This document shows positions 1-5,958 of a DNA stretch of 10,268 nucleotides, piece after piece (positions within the stretch are counted from its first letter, which is position 1; every line of letters begins with the position of its first letter). The notes below the pieces were generated by a model that was not told where the DNA came from, did no database searches, and worked only from the letters and a program-made list of their open reading frames with translations. Location: assembly GCA_048885865.1 (NCBI GenBank), contig JBHLLF010000019.1, positions 52,739 through 63,006 on the forward strand, given 5' to 3'. The position numbers and the translations under genes are program-made. Source of the DNA: Candidatus Hermodarchaeota archaeon. GTDB lineage: Archaea; Asgardarchaeota; Thorarchaeia; Thorarchaeales; Thorarchaeaceae.

Positions 1-522
1 ATAAGCGTGTTAGAAGAAAAGAGGAGGGCATACACTCCTTCTAGGGAAAAGACATGGACAACTGAAGAAGAACGGTCAACTCCTCCAACGCCGAAGCCTA
101 GGATGACCCCCTTTCCATCTGTAGCTGAAGCCACTGAGGAACCGAGTGGAGACTTCAAACCAGAGAGAATGGATCCAGTTCTTTTTGAAAAGCTACTTGA
201 TGACATGACAAGCAGCGCCTTCACCTTTGAGGTAGAGGGTCTGACCACGCCCGAATTGAGAGATAAGATCGATAGGATACTTCGAGAATATGGATTTACT
301 ATTGTGAGGAATATCATTGAGGATGAAACTGCCTCACGAATTGAGGTTAAGATTGGTGGGTGGACCAGACAAATCAGTACCGACAAGGGAGTGGGGGTAA
401 GGATTACCCTAAAGGGAGTACCTGAGAGGGAGAAAGCATTCTGTCATATGACTGTTTCAGCAGAAGACAGGCGACTAGTGCTTCCTACTATCAACGAACT
501 GAGAAAGAAGATAATATCCTGA
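1..522 (+). CDS. 5'-truncated protein: Pro/Thr/Glu-rich linker followed by a probable adaptin/coatomer appendage platform-like domain
   Basis: Frame is open from nt 1 (ATA AGC GTG...) to TGA 520-522, so the true start is probably upstream. A low-complexity linker (TTEEERSTPPTPKPRMTPFPS) precedes an alpha/beta domain from nt ~151 (DFKPERMDPVLFEKLL...HMTVSAEDRRLVLPTINELRKK). The CDS is well supported; the fold call is from motif resemblance only. Confidence 0.6.
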   Translation: MSVLEEKRRAYTPSREKTWTTEEERSTPPTPKPRMTPFPSVAEATEEPSGDFKPERMDPVLFEKLLDDMTSSAFTFEVEGLTTPELRDKIDRILREYGFTIVRNIIEDETASRIEVKIGGWTRQISTDKGVGVRITLKGVPEREKAFCHMTVSAEDRRLVLPTINELRKKIIS

Positions 523-534
523 GTCATCAAGGCT

Positions 535-585
535 GAGAAAAAAGAAGAACGAGGAAAGGGAGCTTTCGCTCACCTCTCCTTTTGT
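535..585. terminator. Probable bidirectional terminator between convergent genes
   Basis: Hairpin AGG-GAGC-TTTC-GCTC-A-CCT (~557-575). It is flanked by an A-tract on the left (T-tract on the minus strand) and by CTCCTTTT on the right, between the stops at 522 (+) and 591 (-). Confidence 0.55.
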
Positions 586-590
586 ATATT

Positions 591-1412
591 CTATTGTCCT
601 AGCTTCTCTGCAATTCTAGACATACCGTAGATGTACAGAATAATCAATAGAATGGCACCTAGGTTGGAAACTCCTACAACAGCCATATCGGCGAAGAAGT
701 CTATTGATGTTGGGAATGATGCAGCAGCCCAAGGATTAAGGAAATTGTAGGCAGTCACATTGTAGGTGATACCTAGCAAGAATACCAAAACCATGAGAAT
801 GTAGAATATCTTTGCGAGATCGCCAAAGAATTTCCCTACTGTTTCGCCGGTGTACATCTTGAGGAGCTTGAATAGACCATACATGAACAGAATGATGCCA
901 AAAGCCACAAACAAGCCGCCACCCATGTAGAGGAATGGAGGCATTATGTGGTTGATGCTAGTTGTTCCAATAAAGTCATCCAGAACCCAGTTGGCAAAGA
1001 AGCCGGCAGCGAGGATGATGAAGAGACCCTTCAGTATGTGAAAGATGTTCTTGATCAAATCCCAATTGCTCATTCTTGGTTCCAAGATTGGACCCAAGAA
1101 GAACAATAGACCGACAATTAGGATCATGACCGCCGCTGCTGATGCTGTTGGTTCAACAAGCAGCCAGACTATTGAATTCACAATAATAGCGAGGCCTAAT
1201 ACCATCCATGCCATGTTCTCTTGGCCTATTGCATAGTATAGGGGGAACAATAGCCCCAATACAAGTGCAAAGTAGTAGACCCAAACCTCTGCACCCATCC
1301 CTGATGCATATGACGATAGTGCAGTCCACGGAGTGTAAAGCAAGTAGAACAGCGCTAAAGCAACTGCGGACAGGTACAAGATTATGGTCTTGAAGCCCAT
1401 TTCTTCACTCAA
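591..1412 (-). CDS. Uncharacterised polytopic membrane protein (~8 TM helices)
   Basis: 273-aa ORF made almost entirely of hydrophobic segments. TTG start with SD GAGGTG at 1427-1422. No family motif recognised. Confidence 0.85.
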   Translation of the reverse strand: MSEEMGFKTIILYLSAVALALFYLLYTPWTALSSYASGMGAEVWVYYFALVLGLLFPLYYAIGQENMAWMVLGLAIIVNSIVWLLVEPTASAAAVMILIVGLLFFLGPILEPRMSNWDLIKNIFHILKGLFIILAAGFFANWVLDDFIGTTSINHIMPPFLYMGGGLFVAFGIILFMYGLFKLLKMYTGETVGKFFGDLAKIFYILMVLVFLLGITYNVTAYNFLNPWAAASFPTSIDFFADMAVVGVSNLGAILLIILYIYGMSRIAEKLGQ

Positions 1413-1473
1413 TAAAACTCACACCTCTATTGGCCCGTAAGCCACTATAGTTAAGTTTCTACATGCACGGCAG

Positions 1474-1498
1474 CTTATATGGGTGGTGATATATCGCC
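1474..1498. promoter_or_regulatory. Candidate TATA box (minus-strand ATATAAG, 1480-1474) and near-palindrome GGTGATATATCGCC (1485-1498)
   Basis: Lies in the divergent intergenic region 1413-1652. The core GATATATC (1488-1495) is a perfect palindrome. Confidence 0.3.
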
Positions 1499-1652
1499 GA
1501 AAATCGATACGACAAAAGCCGAATATATGCTCCATTCTTCGATTAAAGGTGCATTCTGAGCTTGATTGGCGCCAGTCGAATGCCAACCTGTTTCTACTTG
1601 TAATGAGCTAACTCGTATCATTATTAGGTAGGTTCATCCTAAGTCTCCTCCC

Positions 1653-2573
1653 ATGCAGACTGGCTCTGATCTCTATACCTTAGGAGTTTTGAGTGCAATA
1701 GGAGCCACACTTATTTTTGGCATCACCAATGTAGTGTACAAGAAATTCGATGAAGAACTCAGTGCCCTCGACATGACTTTTTCTCGTATTTGGGTCAGTC
1801 TTCTGCCAGCATATTTTTTCGCTGTGTTGTCTGCTGGCACTTTTGAGTTCGAAGTCCCGACGGAGCCTATGTTTCCGCTTGCCATTTCGATGATTCTAGG
1901 AATCGTAGCAGGGGACACTGCCTACTTTCTCAGTCAGGAGCGGATAGGAGTAGCTAGAGCCTTCCCAATAGCCATGAGCTATCCATTAGTGGTCTATCTT
2001 CTTGCAGCACTGTTCCTTCAAGAACCAATCATATTCCAGAGAGTAATTGGGGCGATTCTCGTTGTGATTGGTGTTGCAGCCATAGCAAGAAAAGGGAAAG
2101 GTACATCGAATGAAACCTTGAAGGAGTCAATCGCCGATGACAGAAAGAAGAGAGTGGGTGTTTTTCTTGCATTTCTAACCGTCTTCCTATGGGCATTGAG
2201 CGACGTAATCTTCCAGTTTGGGCTTACGGGCATTGGAGCAGCTGAAGCTAATTTCTTCCGAATGCTAGTGGCATCTATAGTTTTGATTCCAGTCTTCTTC
2301 ATCGCACAAGCAAGAGGCAAGCCGCTACCTAGAAGGCGTATAGCAATAATAGCACTAGTTACCGGAGTTTTTAGCATAGGACTGAGTCTAATTCTCTATA
2401 GCTATGCTGTGAAGTTTGTAGGAGCAACAATCACCTCTGTGGTGGTAGCTTCTGCACCGATTTTTACTGCACCACTATCTGCCATATATCTCAAAGAAGA
2501 AATGGATACCAAGGTAATAACAGGCACCATAATGACCGTAATCGGCGTGATCCTAGTTATCCTGATCTTTTGA
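1653..2573 (+). CDS. EamA/DMT-family drug/metabolite transporter
   Basis: 306 aa with two 5-TM EamA repeats and typical motifs (GDTAYFLSQERIGVARAFPIAMSYPL, LFLQE, YAVKFVGAT...APIFTAPLSAIYLKE). No SD; TTATTA at 1621-1626 lies ~27 nt upstream of the ATG, consistent with a leaderless transcript. Confidence 0.93.
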   Translation: MQTGSDLYTLGVLSAIGATLIFGITNVVYKKFDEELSALDMTFSRIWVSLLPAYFFAVLSAGTFEFEVPTEPMFPLAISMILGIVAGDTAYFLSQERIGVARAFPIAMSYPLVVYLLAALFLQEPIIFQRVIGAILVVIGVAAIARKGKGTSNETLKESIADDRKKRVGVFLAFLTVFLWALSDVIFQFGLTGIGAAEANFFRMLVASIVLIPVFFIAQARGKPLPRRRIAIIALVTGVFSIGLSLILYSYAVKFVGATITSVVVASAPIFTAPLSAIYLKEEMDTKVITGTIMTVIGVILVILIF

Positions 2574-2715
2574 TGATTTCCTGTTGTTTCCCCATTTGTG
2601 CGGAAATATGGGAAAAGGATGACATGAATTCACCTGCTAGATTTGCATCTCTTTCTTAATACGTTAATAGTCAGCTTTTAGAAGGAGATAATTAAGCTGT
2701 TTGAAGTTGGTCTTG

Positions 2716-3906
2716 ATGAAAATAAGACGAGCAACTGAAGATGATTTTGATACAATTGCTGAACTTGAAAGGTATGTTTACAGCTTGCCACCAGATTACA
2801 TAGAAATGAGTCGAGAGAGATTTCCATACACATTCGATGATCACTATTTACTTGAAGATGATGAGATGGCTGTTGCATCAACACGACTCATTCCTCTTCA
2901 ACAGAATCTTCGTGGCTCCTGGAAAAAGATGGGTGCTGTAGCGATGATCACGAGCTATCCGGAAACCCGCAGAAGGGGGCACATTCGCAAACTCATGAAT
3001 TACATGTTTCAAGTCATGCACGAGGATGAATATGCATCAAGTGTGCTATATCCATTCAAAGACACTTTTTACGGAGCATTTGGGTATGTCAACTGTCCAC
3101 CGAAGCTCCGAGTAATTGCCAACCCTTCTCATCTCAGTAGATGGCAGCTCCCAGAGGGGTATAGTGTCAAGCGGTTGTCTATGAAGGAAGCTTTAGATTT
3201 CTACAAGAGTCTGTTCAAAGCAATCGGTGCGGAAACACATGGTGCAACAGCCAGGAGCGAGAAACGCTGGAACGAACTGACCACAGCTTCAAGAGTAGAG
3301 ATTGCTGCCGTGTTTGGACCAACTGGCATTCCCGAAGGTATAATGCTGTACCAGCACAAAGGATATTCGGATTTCACGGGGGACGCCAATGTTGGCTCAA
3401 TGACCGTTAGAGAGTGGTACTGGAGTAACAATTCAGCAAAAAGCGCTCTACTGAATTTCGTCTATCTTCATGCAGATCAAATAGTCAAAGCAGCTCTTCC
3501 AGCCAATCCATTGAGAGACGATTACTATCAATGGATTGAGGGACGAAACATTCTCGAACTCAAGACTGGACTTACCTATATGGCCCGCTGCATAGATGTA
3601 CAGAACGCATTAGAAGGCCTTCCAGCAAAGAGTGATGGTCAACTTACATTTCGAGTCACGGATCCACTTTGCAAATGGAATAATCAAACATTCTGGGTTG
3701 ATGCAAGTGGTGGAAGCATGAAAGTGGAGCCAATTGGTGATGCAGAAACTGACAGTACTCTGACAATCGAAGGAATTTCAGCACTGCTCTATGGGACATT
3801 GAGCGCGGATGACCTTGCATCATACGGCTGGATTTCAGGAAATGTACCTGATCTACTCAAAGACTGGTTCCCAAAGAAATACATCTGGATGTATGAAGAT
3901 TTCTAA
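2716..3906 (+). CDS. Eis-like GNAT acetyltransferase (tandem GNAT + C-terminal SCP2-like domain)
   Basis: Acetyl-CoA motif A (ITSYPETRRRGHIRKLM), SVLYPF..TFYGAFGY, YMARCIDV..AL, VTDPLCKWN, 'ISALLYG' and the C-terminal 'EDF' all match the Eis family. Start is either ATG 2716 (MKIRRA) or TTG 2701. Confidence 0.92.
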   Translation: MKIRRATEDDFDTIAELERYVYSLPPDYIEMSRERFPYTFDDHYLLEDDEMAVASTRLIPLQQNLRGSWKKMGAVAMITSYPETRRRGHIRKLMNYMFQVMHEDEYASSVLYPFKDTFYGAFGYVNCPPKLRVIANPSHLSRWQLPEGYSVKRLSMKEALDFYKSLFKAIGAETHGATARSEKRWNELTTASRVEIAAVFGPTGIPEGIMLYQHKGYSDFTGDANVGSMTVREWYWSNNSAKSALLNFVYLHADQIVKAALPANPLRDDYYQWIEGRNILELKTGLTYMARCIDVQNALEGLPAKSDGQLTFRVTDPLCKWNNQTFWVDASGGSMKVEPIGDAETDSTLTIEGISALLYGTLSADDLASYGWISGNVPDLLKDWFPKKYIWMYEDF

Positions 3907-3911
3907 ATGAT

Positions 3912-3946
3912 AGGAACAGCGGAACTGCCATGGGTTCCGCATTCCT
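3912..3946. terminator. Inverted repeat between convergent genes (candidate terminator)
   Basis: AGGAA(3912-16)..GCGGAAC(3919-25)-8 nt loop-GTTCCGC(3934-40)..TTCCT(3942-46), between the stops at 3906 (+) and 3955 (-). No long U-tract. Confidence 0.5.
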
Positions 3947-3954
3947 GTATACAC

Positions 3955-4623
3955 CTACTGACTACGAGAGGCACCTACTCGCAGCTGAGTATGCTTGAAG
4001 TCTTTTGGTTTGTCTCGAGAGGATAATTGTCTTTTAAGACGGTTATAGTCCTGTTCACAATTCGACTCCAATTGAAATCTTGTCCACTTTAGCTTGATTT
4101 CCTTATCCGTGAATACATCTATGTCCTTGGGACCTGCAATCAAGTCAATATCGGGCTGTACCCCGAGTCTCTCAAGTGCTTCCTCCAAGAATCCTCCACC
4201 CAAAAGGAGCCAAACCTCAGAATCCTCATCAAACCAAACGTCAATTACATTACCAATTTTGAAGCCATCCGAATCAATGACCTTCGCCTTTGAAATCTTA
4301 GATAGTCGTCTGTCATTCTCGGTGATAATGTCCTCACAAAGAGTTGAGCATAGAGTCTCCCCATCAACTGTCAATGTGACTTTGTCCTTTTCAATAACAT
4401 CAATATTCTCGACGCTGAAAATTGGATCATCATCCGGTCGAACTCCGAGCGACTCCAGTAGTTCTTCCAGTCTCGTTCCTCCAACTATGATCGATTTTGG
4501 AATTAGTTTGCTATCTTTAATTGTGAAGATGAAATCGATAATGTTCCCAAGAGTCTCTCCCTTTGAATCTACAACAGGCTTCTTCTTGATCTCGCTGTAT
4601 TTCACATCGATACATTTCTGCAC
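3955..4623 (-). CDS. Tandem PRC-barrel domain protein
   Basis: Two PRC-barrel repeats: YSEIKKKPVVDSKGETLGNIIDFIF and LSKISKAKVIDSDGFKIGNVIDVWF. The track's GTG at 4632 is part of the SD (GAGGTG 4635-4630), so GTG 4623, 6 nt downstream, is the likelier start. Confidence 0.88.
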   Translation of the reverse strand: MQKCIDVKYSEIKKKPVVDSKGETLGNIIDFIFTIKDSKLIPKSIIVGGTRLEELLESLGVRPDDDPIFSVENIDVIEKDKVTLTVDGETLCSTLCEDIITENDRRLSKISKAKVIDSDGFKIGNVIDVWFDEDSEVWLLLGGGFLEEALERLGVQPDIDLIAGPKDIDVFTDKEIKLKWTRFQLESNCEQDYNRLKRQLSSRDKPKDFKHTQLRVGASRSQ

Positions 4624-4659
4624 GTAGTACACCTCAGCTTGTTAACGATAGTGAAGATG

Positions 4660-4687
4660 TATATAGACTTATCTATCTATATGATAG
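4660..4687 (-). promoter_or_regulatory. Candidate TATA box of the PRC-barrel gene with overlapping inverted repeats
   Basis: TATATA at 4660-4665, ~37 nt upstream of the start. Inverted repeats: ATATAGA(4661-67)-N8-TCTATAT(4676-82) and CTATC(4673-77)-N5-GATAG(4683-87). Confidence 0.35.
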
Positions 4688-4724
4688 AGCCACGGGACCT
4701 CCCTCTCCCTTAATAATGTCTGCT

Positions 4725-4762
4725 TTGAAGAGAGATAGAAAGAAATGAGCCCAAAAGGGCTC
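4725..4762 (-). terminator. Hairpin plus pyrimidine tract downstream of the gelsolin-like gene
   Basis: GAGCCC-AAAA-GGGCTC (4747-4762), followed on the minus strand by ATTTCTTTCTATCTCTCTTC. It starts 17 nt after the stop at 4780. Confidence 0.6.
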
Positions 4763-4779
4763 GCAGCTTTGTGAAAAGC

Positions 4780-5082
4780 CTAATAGACTTCTCGGGGACT
4801 CTGTCGCAGTCTGTCCGGCAGTTGCCCGCCCTCGCCTAGGACTTCCAGTTCATGGTCTCGGCCGTATCGGCCGCCATCACCGAAAAGAAAGCCAGTCTTC
4901 TGAATCCCACGAGCTTGGCGTTCAGCAGCTCTTTTGATGATCATTCCAACGTTTGAGGGTACAGACATCAGCATCTTCTTCTGAGTTTCGTCGATAACTA
5001 GCAGAATGGTGTCATCACTAGTTGTCCTAGTTGTTTCATGAAACTGCGAGTCGTTTTGGTTAAACTCCAGGTAGTATGGCAT
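4780..5082 (-). CDS. Small protein, probable divergent single-domain gelsolin-like protein
   Basis: 100 aa with ATG and SD GGAGGA (5098-5093). The segment SDDTILLVIDETQKKMLMSVPSNVGMIIKRAAERQARGIQK...ELEVLGEG follows the gelsolin pattern beta-beta-long helix-beta. The CDS is strong; the fold call is moderate. Confidence 0.6.
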   Translation of the reverse strand: MPYYLEFNQNDSQFHETTRTTSDDTILLVIDETQKKMLMSVPSNVGMIIKRAAERQARGIQKTGFLFGDGGRYGRDHELEVLGEGGQLPDRLRQSPREVY

Positions 5083-5132
5083 CCGGGTCTAATCCTCCAT
5101 AGGGGAGACTAGTTGACTCTTTGCTGGATGCC

Positions 5133-5150
5133 ATATATACATTATTTGCG
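5133..5150 (-). promoter_or_regulatory. Candidate BRE/TATA promoter of the gelsolin-like gene
   Basis: Minus strand reads CGCAAATAATGTATATATGG, ~50 nt upstream of ATG 5082, within the 77-nt gap after the zinc-finger gene. Confidence 0.35.
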
Positions 5151-5159
5151 TGAGTACCT

Positions 5160-5849
5160 CTAAGTAGGCAATAGATGTGCAGTACCACAATGTGCGCAGA
5201 CAACAGCTTCCTCATATGGTTCTGGAAGTGGCAGAGGAGCACCACAATTCTGGCATTTCAGACCCTTAATCTCAGACCGTTCCTCAGCAGGGATGTCCAA
5301 ACGAAAGACCTGTTGAGCAACGTCATGCAGAGTCTTTCCAATCCTTGCGGCTGCTTTTGCGACTGAATTGGTTTCGGAAGCTGAGAGTGACCCTAACCCT
5401 ACAGCCTTGAAGAAGTTATCAATCGCCCTGCCTATCTTTCCGAACATTGAGCCAGCTTTCCAAGACAGCACATCGCTGACATGCAATTCAGCTAACTCGT
5501 CGTCAGGATGATTTGGAATTTGATACCCGCGTTTCCAATCAGGACGGTCAGGCCTCGTGGATGACAATTGCTGACCGCAGCTCGGACAGCCTAATCTCCA
5601 TTCCGGTTTCCTAAACCAGCCCTTCTTGATCTTCATCTCTCCTGTATCGTACCAACACCTCTTGTGGGCAACTTTTCCACAATTAGGACAGGAGAACAAG
5701 TAATACTTGTCTGGCTTTGCTTTCTGCTCCCTTCCAGCGGGTAGTTGAAGGTAGGCAAGGTCGTTAGATGTATTGTTAAGTAGAAACTTGCCGCAAATGA
5801 AACAGGTTTTGCCATCATACTTGCCCATCTTGTCAACTGGCACTCTCAC
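5160..5849 (-). CDS. Zinc-finger protein: N-terminal C4HC3 RING/PHD-like domain and C-terminal C4 zinc ribbon
   Basis: C16-x2-C19-x34-C54-x2-C57-x4-H62-x2-C65-x22-C88-x2-C91, plus C-terminal CQNCGAPL...VVCAHCGT. GTG start with GAGGT SD at 5861-5857 and a TTTAAG box at 5889-5884. Confidence 0.85.
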   Translation of the reverse strand: MRVPVDKMGKYDGKTCFICGKFLLNNTSNDLAYLQLPAGREQKAKPDKYYLFSCPNCGKVAHKRCWYDTGEMKIKKGWFRKPEWRLGCPSCGQQLSSTRPDRPDWKRGYQIPNHPDDELAELHVSDVLSWKAGSMFGKIGRAIDNFFKAVGLGSLSASETNSVAKAAARIGKTLHDVAQQVFRLDIPAEERSEIKGLKCQNCGAPLPLPEPYEEAVVCAHCGTAHLLPT

Positions 5850-5958
5850 CTTTCAAACCTCATGAACGGCTGGTTCATTTTGGCTTAAAGCCCTTCGCAC
5901 TCATGCCAACAGAACCACGAAGTTATTCAGTGGGATTGTTGAGGACACATGCCTACGA

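Noticed and set aside
2587-2615. Imperfect inverted repeat after the EamA gene
   Set aside because: Weak, bulged, AT-rich stem with no downstream U-tract; insufficient to call a terminator.
4094-4627. 177-aa antisense ORF
   Set aside because: Ser-rich mirror of the PRC-barrel gene with no motif of its own; a shadow ORF.
4780-5849. Split Sec23/24 (zinc finger + gelsolin domain)
   Set aside because: No vWA trunk, beta-sandwich or helical domain, and the zinc-finger spacing is not Sec23-type.
5160-5849. FYVE domain
   Set aside because: The R(R/K)HHCRxCG and WxxD motifs are absent.
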